A stretch of DNA of 64,000 nt from Candidatus Atelocyanobacterium thalassae (GCA_051971635.1 JBFPLN010000003.1:256001-320000), one strand, 5' to 3'; positions 1-10,792 are shown, counted from the stretch's first letter. Translations and numbers: made by a program. Notes: a model not told the origin generated them from the letters alone.

Positions 1-381
1 AAAATTGTTTCCATATAGAATAAGAACTTTAAGTTTAATTAATTTTAAAAAAGAAAAAGGTTTATTAATTTTTATCGATTAAAAGTAACAATCTTATCAT
101 TTACTTAAGTTATATTAGAACTTGTAATAAATATATCAAGATGTATTTTTAGAAGTTAATAAATATTTACTATATAACTTTTGATGAAATAAAATTTTTC
201 TCTTATGTACCTTGTATAGAAAGTAGGACTTGAATTCTATTAAATTAACTTAACCCTAATATAAAATTATTAAGATCACTGCTAATATAAAGTAAGATTT
301 TCAAGTAATTAAAAATTCTACATATCCTAAACTTTTTAAACTTTTCACAACAACATAATTTAACGTAGGCAACTGTTATAT

Positions 382-1005
382 ATGTCAGAGCAAGACTGGT
401 TAGTAAAAGATAGTGGTAAATTTATATCACTTAGTTCGCCAAGAGACTGGGATTTATTAAATTCATTTTCTTCCTATCGACTATATCATTTTTTAATAGA
501 ACTAGATAATATAGTGATTGATGTTGATGGGAAACAAGAAGTTGAAGATGAGTATCTCTTAAAGTTAAGGTATTTAACTAGAAAGTTAATAATTAATACT
601 AATTGGATTAGTACTAATATATCTGTTCCTAATAAAGGAGTAGATATATCGGTACTGTATGATGAACCAGGCTATCCATATACTCTCCAACGAGAAATTA
701 TGCTACCTGGAAACAGTACATTTATTCATAATCATGGAACTTGGGCAGTTGTAGCAACATTACAAGGAATGCAAAAAAATATATTGTGGAAACCTTCTCC
801 GAGTCTAGAATATCCTAATAAAATTGAAAAGGCTAGTGAGAAAATTTTTCAACCTGGAGATATTGTAAGTTTTACGACTGATGCCATTCACTCTGTCGAG
901 GCTATAGGTGATGAGCCAAGTATTACTCTAAATATTTATGGCGAAACCAATGCACTGAAGAGATTAAAGTTTGACATTAATGATAATTGTGCTCACCGTT
1001 TCTAG
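382..1005 (+). CDS. cupin / cysteine dioxygenase-like metal-dependent protein
   Basis: 207-aa ORF with HNHGTW...IHSVE three-His cupin motif and C-terminal ITLNIYG strand. Confidence 0.8.
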   Translation: MSEQDWLVKDSGKFISLSSPRDWDLLNSFSSYRLYHFLIELDNIVIDVDGKQEVEDEYLLKLRYLTRKLIINTNWISTNISVPNKGVDISVLYDEPGYPYTLQREIMLPGNSTFIHNHGTWAVVATLQGMQKNILWKPSPSLEYPNKIEKASEKIFQPGDIVSFTTDAIHSVEAIGDEPSITLNIYGETNALKRLKFDINDNCAHRF

Positions 1006-1023
1006 AAGACTTTCAATTATCTT

Positions 1024-1230
1024 TTATAGTATTTTTTTAAATCTCTCAAAATATAAAGGTACTGCTACAAGGCTTAGTTTCAATATCCATGGAGCAAGGA
1101 TAAGAGTCACCAATAATGATAATAATGCAAGACATCCCATGGAAACTTTGACTATATCTTCTTGTAGATTTAGGCTTAAAAAAGCAGACATTGAAGCAAT
1201 ACCTAAGGTAATTAAAGAAGCGACTAACAT
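1024..1230 (-). CDS. small two-TM membrane protein, hypothetical
   Basis: 68 aa with two hydrophobic segments and APWxLKL motif; ATG start; lies downstream of ribC on the same strand. Confidence 0.65.
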   Translation of the reverse strand: MLVASLITLGIASMSAFLSLNLQEDIVKVSMGCLALLSLLVTLILAPWILKLSLVAVPLYFERFKKIL

Positions 1231-1545
1231 TTTTCTCTGCTAACTCATAATTATTTGTAATACAAGAAACTTTTGGCGAAGAAGAATCTTATTTGTAACT
1301 TTTTTAGACATAGCTGTTTTATAAGGCACCAAGTTACGCCAACAAATACTCTATATATTAACAACGCTACACAATTCTTAACACAAGTGTCAAGCTAGAG
1401 TACAAATATAGTATTCGATGTTTATGGATAAAAAATTATATTCTCATATTTCAATTGGCTGTCTTAGATATTCATGGCTTTAATTATTCTATCGGATTGA
1501 TTCTACCAATAATTAACAGCAAAGATTTTATTCATAAGATAAAAG

Positions 1546-2241
1546 TTATAGATATCCCTGCTTTCTTAAAAAATCTGAACTAATATCTAGGCTCATATTA
1601 GATTTTGTAGATTCTAAAGTTTTACCCAAAAATTTTTCTACATATTTCCCTAATATATCTCCTTCAATATTTACTAAATCACCAGGTTTAAGATAGTAGA
1701 GATTAGTATAGTTATAAGTATGAGGTATTACTGAGACTTTAAACCAAGCTCCTGATAGATCACATTCAGCTATAGTTAAACTAATACCATTAATAGCTAT
1801 ACTTCCTTTTGTAACCAAATATGGTTGAATAAAATTAGACCATTCTCTGACTTTTGAAGATGGAGCTGCAAACGTCATCTCCCATGCTTTGTTAGTAGAA
1901 GTATAATTTACCAATGATCCTATTCCATCTACATGACCAGTGACGAAATGACCACCTAATTTGCTACCTACACACAACGAAGACTCTAAATTGACATAAC
2001 TGGCAGTTTTTATTTTTTGAGATAAAGTGCTTCTCTGTAAAGTTTCAGGAGAAACAGTAACGACAAAACCATTTTCTGTAAAATTTTCCGCTGTTAAGCA
2101 TACACCATCTACAGCTATGCTATCTCCTATTGATAAGTTAGATAATATACTTGTAGGAGAGGGATTCAAGACTGTAAGAACAAAACGATCAGATTCAAGA
2201 GAATCAATAAAGCCAAGATTTTCAATTAAACCAGTAAACAT
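1546..2241 (-). CDS. ribC: riboflavin synthase (alpha chain)
   Basis: N-terminal MFTGLIE signature, GDSIAVDGVCLT, GGHFVTGHVDG, KGSIAINGISLT repeats. Confidence 0.97.
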   Translation of the reverse strand: MFTGLIENLGFIDSLESDRFVLTVLNPSPTSILSNLSIGDSIAVDGVCLTAENFTENGFVVTVSPETLQRSTLSQKIKTASYVNLESSLCVGSKLGGHFVTGHVDGIGSLVNYTSTNKAWEMTFAAPSSKVREWSNFIQPYLVTKGSIAINGISLTIAECDLSGAWFKVSVIPHTYNYTNLYYLKPGDLVNIEGDILGKYVEKFLGKTLESTKSNMSLDISSDFLRKQGYL

Positions 2242-2742
2242 TTCTGTAATTATTAAGAAAACTATAATTCTATCTTACATAGAAAGTTTATCTATATCTT
2301 GAGACATCTTATGAACATAACTTATTCTCATAAAGAAGTATGCGACTAGCGTCATATTTGAGAATTGATTTACATGAACTTAGTGCATTTTGAAGAATAT
2401 TTATATTAGAATATTAGGAGGAAAAATTAATAATTAAACTTAAAGTAACTATAATATCTTTAAACATATAAAATAATCTTGTTCTCTCATCACAAAATGT
2501 ACTTAAGCACCTATTATTTATAATTTATACAAGCTAAGATTAGTTAACACATTCAAGCTATATATATAATATTAAAGCTTATTAAGTATGAATTTATAAG
2601 TTTATTACACACTTATCAAATATTTTAAAAGTACTACTAAATAAAAATACATATTTCTATTTTGTTAGTATAACTTATTGATTTCCAAAAATATTTATAG
2701 AACATAAATATATATTTATGTATGTTATTTTTATCAAGTAAT

Positions 2743-4002
2743 TTACTTTTTCTTTATTCTTTTTCCAATTACATCAGCACTTGTGTTGTAATAAATTGCT
2801 GCTTGTGAATTGTTAAAACTTAATTTTTCCTCACCTTCTAACCTATATGAGATAGTTGGTTTAACTGGCATTATACCTAATACTTTGATGATTTCTTTAG
2901 CAACAGCCCTTGCTAATAAAGGGGGTACTGAATTACCAACTTGCCGAAATCCATGCCATTTAGTCACATGAAACCTAAACCAATCAGGGTAAGAATGCAA
3001 TCTTGCAGCTTCTCTTACAGTAATACATCTGGGAGTAAAAGGGTGAATAGGGCGAGGAGATGTGTGTGAACCTCTATTAGGAGGTGTTCCAGCTCTCAGA
3101 GTATTACATAAACCTTCTGGATGTAGTTTGAAAAATTTGCTAATAGATTCTTTTTCTCCTTGAAGAGTTTTTAGAAATCTTTCAATTGATTTTTGTGTAT
3201 GATTAGTTCTTAAACTGGAAGTTAAAAGATTCCTATCATATACTCTTTGATAAGAAAAATTATCTCTTGAGTTAAGAATGCTTTGGAGATAATCATTAGG
3301 TTGACTGTAATGAATTTCAACCCAATCTTTATAATTTAATTCTGAATAATAGTTAACTTCAGGTAGATCGCTAATAGCTTGACTTACTGTCGGAGCAAAG
3401 GGGATAGCTGAATTTAAATTTTCCCCATAATTTGTTAAAAATTGCGGATAATTAGGGAGAGGTAAATTTGATTTTGCTCCTAAAAGAAAAAGCCTCTTTC
3501 TTATTTGTGGAACTCCATAGTTAGCAGAATTTAAAATCTTATATTTTGTCTGTATCTGATAATTATTAATAGTAAATTTATTAAATATTTTTTCTAAAAA
3601 TATTTGATTATTTTTTGCAGTCATACCAGGAACATTCTCAATTACAAAGTATTTAGGCTGTAATTCTATTACTAAGCGAATAAAGTGCTCAATTAAATTA
3701 TTTCGATTATCTCTTGGATTTCGTTTGCCCATAGATGAAAAACCTTGACAAGGAGGACCACCAAAAACAACATCAATCTCCTGATTCTTAATTTGAGATA
3801 AACTTTTAATTGTTTTGGCATTAATTTTAGAAATATCAGAACATATGGTTGTCCAAAAAGGAAAGTTATATTCATGAACAGCACAGTGAATAGGATCAAT
3901 TTCTATAGCTCCTAAGACATCAAATCCAGCTTGTTCAAAACCAAGTGTCATTCCTCCTACACCGGCGAATAAATCAATAGCAATAGGACGTTTCTGATTC
4001 AT
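2743..4002 (-). CDS. dcm: DNA (cytosine-5)-methyltransferase, orphan; resembles cyanobacterial CGATCG methylase (M.Ssp6803I/DmtC type)
   Basis: Motif I DLFAGVGG, catalytic GGPPCQGFS, ENV, QxRKR, motif X VGNSVPP; no adjacent restriction endonuclease. The specificity is inferred from remembered similarity. Confidence 0.92.
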   Translation of the reverse strand: MNQKRPIAIDLFAGVGGMTLGFEQAGFDVLGAIEIDPIHCAVHEYNFPFWTTICSDISKINAKTIKSLSQIKNQEIDVVFGGPPCQGFSSMGKRNPRDNRNNLIEHFIRLVIELQPKYFVIENVPGMTAKNNQIFLEKIFNKFTINNYQIQTKYKILNSANYGVPQIRKRLFLLGAKSNLPLPNYPQFLTNYGENLNSAIPFAPTVSQAISDLPEVNYYSELNYKDWVEIHYSQPNDYLQSILNSRDNFSYQRVYDRNLLTSSLRTNHTQKSIERFLKTLQGEKESISKFFKLHPEGLCNTLRAGTPPNRGSHTSPRPIHPFTPRCITVREAARLHSYPDWFRFHVTKWHGFRQVGNSVPPLLARAVAKEIIKVLGIMPVKPTISYRLEGEEKLSFNNSQAAIYYNTSADVIGKRIKKK

Positions 4003-4148
4003 ATAACTATTCTGATAGTATAAAAAAATTAATATCGATTGTAAAACTTATTAATCTATTAAGGTCTTTTGGTAAGCTTGTACTTTAACAGAGTAACAAA
4101 AAAACTTTTGAGGGATATATTTTAATAAATAATCTATTCATTTTTTGA

Positions 4149-5402
4149 TCAGTTATTTTTTTTTCTTAAAAGTTTAATTGCTTCTTGATACTGTAAATCT
4201 TTTATTGTAGCGATTTCATCATAGTTAAGCTGCTTTTGTACAATAACTTTATTTGGTTGAATACCTAATTTATGGATATTTTTATGATTGGGAGTCTCGT
4301 ATCTAGCTACAGTAATGGCTAAGCTAGAATTATCAGATAGTTCAAATAAAGACTGAATCAGACCTTTTCCAAAAGTTGTCTCACCCAATAATGTTGCTCT
4401 TTTATTGTCTTGCAAAGCTCCTGCTAAAATTTCACTGGAACTTGCAGTACCTTTGTTAACCAATAAAACCAATGGGGCATTTGTTAATGGTGTTCCAAAA
4501 GAACTAAAACTATCTTGAACACCTTGACGATTAATAGTGTAGACTATGGTCCCTTTACTCATCCATAAACGAGCGATGTCAATACCACTTTGTAAGAGTC
4601 CTCCTGGGTTATCTCTTAGATCCAAAATATAAGATTTTACGCCCTTTTCTTCAAGTTCCTCGATGGCTTGTTTCATTTCTCTAACAGCATTTGCACTGAA
4701 TTTATCTAAGCGAATATAACCAACAAGGAAATTAGGTAAAGTTCTATCTATACTAACCACCAATGGACTTAAAGATATATGTTTACGAATGATTTTATTT
4801 TGATATGTTTTTTTATCTTGAGAAGAGAAAATAGTTAAGTTAATTTCTGTACCGGTTGGTCCACGCATTTTTTCAGCAGCTTGATCTAGAGTCAAATCAG
4901 TAGTGCTAACACCATCAATTTCTAAGATCAAATCATGTGCCTTAATACCAGCTAACTGTGCAGGAGAGTTTTTAAGAGAAGAAAGAATTTCTAAGTCTCT
5001 GGTTTTAGGATTAATTTGAACTTGTAATCCTACCCCTAATAATTCTCCTGAAGTCTCAATTTGAAGATTATGGTATTGTTCTGGTCTTAAGAAACGAGTA
5101 AAAGGCTCATCAAGTGTCGTTAACATTTCATTAATTGCTTGATAAGTATCTTCCCGTGTATTTAAAGAATTTTTTAGTAAATCTTGCCTTACTAAATACC
5201 AGTTTTGATTATTAAATGTATCATCTAGATAAGATGTATTTAGTAAATTCCAGGATTCCAACAATAGTCTTTGATTTTTACTAAAGGCATGGGCATTAGA
5301 AGTTAGAATACAGTAGCTATAAATAATTAAAGTAATAAAAAAAAATATAAATCTAGAAAATTTCCCTTTCATAAAATCAGTCAAAATAATATTTTTAAAC
5401 AT
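4149..5402 (-). CDS. ctpA: carboxyl-terminal processing protease, CtpA (D1-processing) subtype
   Basis: Signal peptide, DEPFTRFLRPEQY, PDZ GVGL, DLRDNPGG, catalytic Ser (TASSSE) and Lys (TFGKG); closely follows Synechocystis CtpA as I recall it; start may be 5372. Confidence 0.9.
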   Translation of the reverse strand: MFKNIILTDFMKGKFSRFIFFFITLIIYSYCILTSNAHAFSKNQRLLLESWNLLNTSYLDDTFNNQNWYLVRQDLLKNSLNTREDTYQAINEMLTTLDEPFTRFLRPEQYHNLQIETSGELLGVGLQVQINPKTRDLEILSSLKNSPAQLAGIKAHDLILEIDGVSTTDLTLDQAAEKMRGPTGTEINLTIFSSQDKKTYQNKIIRKHISLSPLVVSIDRTLPNFLVGYIRLDKFSANAVREMKQAIEELEEKGVKSYILDLRDNPGGLLQSGIDIARLWMSKGTIVYTINRQGVQDSFSSFGTPLTNAPLVLLVNKGTASSSEILAGALQDNKRATLLGETTFGKGLIQSLFELSDNSSLAITVARYETPNHKNIHKLGIQPNKVIVQKQLNYDEIATIKDLQYQEAIKLLRKKNN

Positions 5403-5856
5403 AGAGAATATATTCTAACTTGGCCAAAAAGTATTATGGTAAAAATCTCTATAGCGACAGTATCATATTGACAAATATTGCTTAAAATCATTACTGTAAT
5501 TGTTTATTTACAAGGTCTATAAAAATTTGGCATAAATGACAATATTTATACTCAAATTTATATGTAGTATATGTCTATTGTAAGAATTTAATTACGATCA
5601 TTGCTAATCTATGTAGCAACTAAAATATTCTTTAATTTCACATATATCTCAGAGGATATAGTTTCATGTGTATTGTATGCAGTAGCTTAATAAAATAAGT
5701 CTTATCATAGTCATACTGCATTTTTACAGTTTCAAATAAAAACTCTATAATTTCATCAACTGGGCTCATAAATTACATTAATGAAAATAAATTTTCTTTT
5801 GTAGAATATGGTAGATATAATAAGATCTATAAATTTTGGAGAGAAGTAATTAGAAA

Positions 5857-6762
5857 GTGTCAATTAATTTTCAGAACATTATTACAAATTTAAATAACTT
5901 TTGGAGTAGTTATGGTTGCATTATTTTGCAACCTTATGACATTGAGAAAGGCGCAGGAACTATGAATCCTAGTACATTTCTTAGGACTATTGGCCCAGAA
6001 CCTTGGTCAGTAGCATATGTAGAACCTTGCCGTCGTCCAACTGATGGTCGCTATGGCAAGAATCCTAATCGTTTTCAATATTATTTTCAGTATCAAGTAT
6101 TGATTAAACCATCTTTAGACAATATTCAAGAAATCTATTTAGAGTCCCTTAAAGCGTTAGGGATTAAACCTCAAGATCATGATATTCGTTTTGTAGAAGA
6201 TAATTGGGAATCGCCTACACTAGGTGCCTGGGGCGTAGGCTGGGAAGTATGGTTTGACGGAATGGAGGTTACTCAATTTACTTATTTTCAGCAATGTGGA
6301 GGAAAAGATTGTTTTCCAACTCCTATAGAAATAACTTATGGATTAGAAAGATTGGCAATGTATTTACAAAAAGTAGAAGTAATTACAGATATTAAATGGA
6401 ATGAGAATATTAATTATGGAGATATCTTTTTACAGAGTGAAATAGAGCATTGCATATATAATTTTGAGGTATCTAATTCTGATTTATTATTCCAATTATT
6501 TAACCTATATGAAAAAGAGGCCGAGGCATTAATTGCTCAGAAATTAGTTTCTCCTAGTTTAGACTATGTCCTAAAATGCTCCCATTCATTCAATTTATTA
6601 GATGCTCGAGGCGTAATTGCAGTAGCAGAAAGAACTACTTATATAGGTCGTATTCGTTCTTTGGCTAAAGAAATTGCTAGCTTATACTTGGAACAGAGAA
6701 AAAACCTTGATTTTCCTTTGCTAAATAAAGATATTAGCTATTCTCAATCTGATGCTAATTAA
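5857..6762 (+). CDS. glyQ: glycine--tRNA ligase alpha subunit
   Basis: [48 protein letters not shown] start. Confidence 0.98.
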   Translation: MSINFQNIITNLNNFWSSYGCIILQPYDIEKGAGTMNPSTFLRTIGPEPWSVAYVEPCRRPTDGRYGKNPNRFQYYFQYQVLIKPSLDNIQEIYLESLKALGIKPQDHDIRFVEDNWESPTLGAWGVGWEVWFDGMEVTQFTYFQQCGGKDCFPTPIEITYGLERLAMYLQKVEVITDIKWNENINYGDIFLQSEIEHCIYNFEVSNSDLLFQLFNLYEKEAEALIAQKLVSPSLDYVLKCSHSFNLLDARGVIAVAERTTYIGRIRSLAKEIASLYLEQRKNLDFPLLNKDISYSQSDAN

Positions 6763-6975
6763 TAAAATTGATTTCTTGTTACAATAATTATCTACTCCAT
6801 TGCATACGCATAACATATTTATATTAGCTAATTTGCAAATCGTAATTATCTTTATTCTTTGTTAAAATTTAAACAATAAAGTACTCACAGTTAATAACTT
6901 GTATGTAAACGGTATCTCAAAGTTTAAATAAATTAGTAACAGCGATTTTCAAAAATTAAAAATATTTCTGAATAA

Positions 6976-7614
6976 TTATTTTCCTCTAATTGTAGGGTAA
7001 ATGGAAAGTTTCACAACTTTGGCTAATCCATTCTTTTGTTCTACTTTTTTCAAGTTTTTAATCTTAGTTTCTAATTCTTTTACGACACTAGAATACTCCC
7101 AAGTTTTACGCTGATTAGTTAAAATGGTGATACTTTTATAAGTTAAATTTGTTCCATTTCTTTGTTTATAATTACTTACATAATTTGTAATATCTTTTTT
7201 TAAAATTTCTTTTTCTCCTTCTAATTTCTCTATCAAACTACATATTTCTAAATATCTATCAATTTGTTGTTGAAATGATAAAGATAAAGAGTTGAGTACT
7301 TTTTCAGTATTTATTTGATTTTCATCTTGGTTCCAGCAAGGTGTATAAAAAATAAGATATTCTGCTTCTATATCTTCTATGTCTGTCTGTCTACAAGGTA
7401 AGTAATGAATCTTGTAGATATTTTTTTGGTACAAAATTGATAAGTCATAGTCTAATAAATATTGCCTAAGATTTGTGGATTTGCCAATGTAGTGTACATA
7501 TCCAGAGTCATTAGCTAGTACATAAATGCCTGTTTCTTCTGGTAAATTAAACAAACTATCTAAGTTAACTGTTTTTAAATCTTCTAATAAGGGTAGATTT
7601 GGTAAGTTAGACAT
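6976..7614 (-). CDS. GIY-YIG-like domain protein with C-terminal coiled coil
   Basis: LPEETGIYVL...HYIGKSTNLR motif, later E...P.WN; start trimmed to ATG 7614 (ORF is open to 7653). Confidence 0.7.
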   Translation of the reverse strand: MSNLPNLPLLEDLKTVNLDSLFNLPEETGIYVLANDSGYVHYIGKSTNLRQYLLDYDLSILYQKNIYKIHYLPCRQTDIEDIEAEYLIFYTPCWNQDENQINTEKVLNSLSLSFQQQIDRYLEICSLIEKLEGEKEILKKDITNYVSNYKQRNGTNLTYKSITILTNQRKTWEYSSVVKELETKIKNLKKVEQKNGLAKVVKLSIYPTIRGK

Positions 7615-7699
7615 AAAAAATTCTCCAGCTTTCTTACGAAAGATAAAGTACAATTTAGAAAAATAATCATTAATATTAATAATACGATAATAAGAAATT

Positions 7700-9142
7700 A
7701 TGTTTGATGTTCTTACTGATCGCTTAGAAGAGGCTTGGAAAAAACTACGTGGTCAAGATGCAATAAATCATACAAATATACAAGAAACTTTAAAAGAAGT
7801 TAGAAGAGCACTGTTAGAAGCAGATGTAAATTTACAAGTAGTCAAAAATTTTATTATAGATGTTGAAAAATCTGCAATTGGTACAAAAGTTATAGGAGGA
7901 GTCAATCCTGGTCAACAATTTATAAAAGTTGTTTATGAGGAATTAGTAAAAGTTATGGGAGAAAGTAATTCTCCTCTAGCAAAAGCAAAAAATAATCCTA
8001 CAGTTATTTTAATGGTTGGCTTGCAAGGAACTGGTAAAACAACCGCAACAGCAAAACTTGCTCATTATCTTAAAAAACAAACCCAAAGTTGTTTAATGGT
8101 TGCTGCAGATATATATCGTCCTGCAGCTATTGATCAATTAAAAACACTAGGAAAACAGATTGAGATCCCGGTTTTTGAGCTAGGTAATCAAGAAAATCCC
8201 GTTAATATTGCGATCCAAGGTGTTAGCCGCGCAAAAGAAATGGAAGTTGATGTAGTCATTGTTGATACAGCAGGACGCCTGCAAGTTGACCCAGAAATGA
8301 TGCTGGAATTAACTCAAATAAAAGAAAGTATTAATCCGGATGAAACTTTGCTAGTCGTGGATGCCATGACAGGACAAGAAGCTGCTAATCTTGCTCAAGT
8401 TTTTCATGAGCAAGTTAAAGTAACGGGAACAATATTAACCAAAATGGATGGAGATACCAGGGGTGGGGCAGCTTTATCAGTTAGACAAGTTTCAGGACAG
8501 CCTATTAAATTTGTTGGTATTGGTGAAAAAATAGATGCCTTGCAACCTTTTTATCCTGAGAGAATGGCCTCTAGGATATTAAATATGGGTGACATCCTTA
8601 CACTGGTAGAGAAAGCTCAGGAAGAGATTGATCTTTCTGATATGGAACAACTACAATCTAAAATTCTAGATGCAAAATTTGATTTTAATGATTTCCTTAA
8701 ACAAACACGTTTAATGAAAAGCATGGGATCATTTAGTAGTATTTTAAAAATGGTTCCAGGGCTAAATAAAATTAACACAAAAGATATTGAAAAAGGAGAA
8801 AATGAACTAAAACGGACTGAAGCTATGATTGGCTCTATGACGCTAGAAGAACGTAAAAATCCAGATTTATTGGCAAAGTCTCCAAATCGTAGAAAGCGTA
8901 TTGCTAGAGGTTCAGGACATTCTGAAATTGAAATTAGTAAACTAATCAAAAACTTTACTCGAATGCGTGCAATGATGCAGCAATTAGGTAAAGGTGGAAT
9001 GCCAGGCATGGGAAGTGGAATGCCAGGAATGGGAGAATTGTTTGGTCAAAAAATATCTGCTGGATTGCAAGATTATCAGAAAGGAAGCCAAAAGAAAAAA
9101 ACAAAAAAAATAAAAAAGAAAAAGGGTTTTGGAGATCTATAA
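7700..9142 (+). CDS. ffh: signal recognition particle protein
   Basis: GLQGTGKTT, DTAGR, TKMDGDTRGGAALS, M domain RRKRIARGSG, GMPG tail. Confidence 0.98.
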   Translation: MFDVLTDRLEEAWKKLRGQDAINHTNIQETLKEVRRALLEADVNLQVVKNFIIDVEKSAIGTKVIGGVNPGQQFIKVVYEELVKVMGESNSPLAKAKNNPTVILMVGLQGTGKTTATAKLAHYLKKQTQSCLMVAADIYRPAAIDQLKTLGKQIEIPVFELGNQENPVNIAIQGVSRAKEMEVDVVIVDTAGRLQVDPEMMLELTQIKESINPDETLLVVDAMTGQEAANLAQVFHEQVKVTGTILTKMDGDTRGGAALSVRQVSGQPIKFVGIGEKIDALQPFYPERMASRILNMGDILTLVEKAQEEIDLSDMEQLQSKILDAKFDFNDFLKQTRLMKSMGSFSSILKMVPGLNKINTKDIEKGENELKRTEAMIGSMTLEERKNPDLLAKSPNRRKRIARGSGHSEIEISKLIKNFTRMRAMMQQLGKGGMPGMGSGMPGMGELFGQKISAGLQDYQKGSQKKKTKKIKKKKGFGDL

Positions 9143-9244
9143 AATTCTAACTACTTAACTTCTCATAACAATAATTTTGTCTAGCACAGAGAACTCCACT
9201 AAATATAAAAAGTATCCGGTGAATTAGATAAATTTATCTCACTA

Positions 9245-10120
9245 TTAAAATTTATGTGTTATGAAAATTCCTAACATTTTTTCACCTAAAATTTCTGGCT
9301 GTTCTATCATGGACATATGTCCACAATTTGGAAGATCAATAACGTTTTTACCCTGAAAGTTAAAAAGCTTATGAAAACTAGCTAAATATCTCACATATTG
9401 AGGTTCAATTAAAGTATCTTGTCCTCCAGCAAAAAAATATACTGGTTGTGTCAAACGTGCGACAATTTGTGGTAGGGTATGGACCTCTGCTTCAGTTGTT
9501 GAATTTAATAAAGAGCCCAGTGCAGCTATTGGATCGGCTCTCATTAAATCTATTACCCTTTGTTTCCCCCATCTTCTGGCTACAGGGCTTGTTATCATTA
9601 TTTTTGAGAAAAGAATATCAACTAACAGAACATTTAATAATGAAGATAGTTTATATTTAACCAACTGTTTTTCAACAAGACGAAATCTTTCAAATTCTTC
9701 TTTAAGATATATTCCACCACCAACATTTAAACAAACTACTCCTTGAATTTTTTCTGGACAGAGCTCAGCTCCCCATAAAGCAATACTTGCTCCAAGAGAG
9801 TGACCTATGAGCCAACTTCTATGAATTTTTAATTTTTCTAATAGAACGATCAAATCCTTTGCATAAGTCTCTAAAGCATAAGAGGAAGATATTTGTAGAT
9901 TTTGAGATGAGAAATTATTTATAGGTTGAGAATCTCCAAATCCTCTAAGATCATAAATAAGGCAAGAATACTTTCTAGAAAGTCTTTTAATGAGAGGAGA
10001 CCAGTATTGGCGACTTAACAACCAACCATGAACGAAAATTAGAACAGGTGCAGATGAATTAACTGGAGACGAAGTTAACTCATAAGTGTGAGAAACTCCT
10101 AAAATATTTATAGTTGGCAT
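9245..10120 (-). CDS. alpha/beta fold hydrolase
   Basis: VHGW oxyanion motif, DLRGFGDS, nucleophile GHSLG, C-terminal CGH. Confidence 0.9.
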   Translation of the reverse strand: MPTINILGVSHTYELTSSPVNSSAPVLIFVHGWLLSRQYWSPLIKRLSRKYSCLIYDLRGFGDSQPINNFSSQNLQISSSYALETYAKDLIVLLEKLKIHRSWLIGHSLGASIALWGAELCPEKIQGVVCLNVGGGIYLKEEFERFRLVEKQLVKYKLSSLLNVLLVDILFSKIMITSPVARRWGKQRVIDLMRADPIAALGSLLNSTTEAEVHTLPQIVARLTQPVYFFAGGQDTLIEPQYVRYLASFHKLFNFQGKNVIDLPNCGHMSMIEQPEILGEKMLGIFITHKF

Positions 10121-10217
10121 ATTGTGTCTTACCTCATGGGAAAGTCATGATGACATTATTAGTTAAAACCATTTGATGCCAATAGTCTTATCTAATTGTA
10201 ATTTATATGGAGTTCTG

Positions 10218-10478
10218 ATGCTTAACTTTATCTCTACAGATTTTAAATCTATAAGCACAAAAATATTAGTCGTTTCTATTAAAAGTTATAAAAAATACAT
10301 TTCTCCATTTTTACCTTCTAGTTGTCGGTTTCAACCAACATGTTCAGAATATATGCTAGAGGCTGTACAAAGATTTGGACCTTTCCATGGTACTTTATTA
10401 GGAGTTAAAAGGATTCTTCGATGCAATCCTTTTAGTACTTCAAAGTATGATCCCGTACCGTCTAAAATAACAAAGTGA
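10218..10478 (+). CDS. yidD: membrane protein insertion efficiency factor
   Basis: YKKYISP..CRFQPTCSEY..RILRCNPF..YDPVP; ATG 10218 preferred over TTG 10173. Confidence 0.93.
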   Translation: MLNFISTDFKSISTKILVVSIKSYKKYISPFLPSSCRFQPTCSEYMLEAVQRFGPFHGTLLGVKRILRCNPFSTSKYDPVPSKITK

Positions 10479-10700
10479 TTATAAATAAAGTGAATTTTAT
10501 TTACTATCTTAATAAGTATTTAAAAACTTAAATAAAAAGATGGCACATCATATTGTCTCTTTGGGTTGCAGTATAAAAAATAGTAAATATTTTCTTTAAT
10601 TTTTAGTATCAAAATTATTTTTTATTTAAAACTAGTTAAACGTCTACGAAACTGTTTTTAAGCAATGCTGCAAATATTGACATCATGTATTTTCTTAGCG

Positions 10701-10749
10701 AAATTATCGAAAGTACCTTATCTTGCAGATAAGGTACTTTCGATAATTT
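10701..10749. terminator. perfect 23-bp inverted repeat between convergent yidD and pgsA
   Basis: AAATTATCGAAAGTACCTTATCT-tgc-AGATAAGGTACTTTCGATAATTT. Confidence 0.75.
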
Positions 10750-10792
10750 TGTCATATATAGTTTTAAGATTTCGTTTTCATAAAATAGAAAA

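Noticed and set aside
2743..7653. C5 methylase plus GIY-YIG protein as a restriction-modification or defence pair
   Set aside because: They are separated by ctpA and glyQ, the nuclease lacks the expected Arg, and the methylase looks like the conserved orphan type
8992..9033. GGAATGCCAGG repeat in ffh
   Set aside because: Encodes the ordinary GMPG-rich tail of cyanobacterial Ffh
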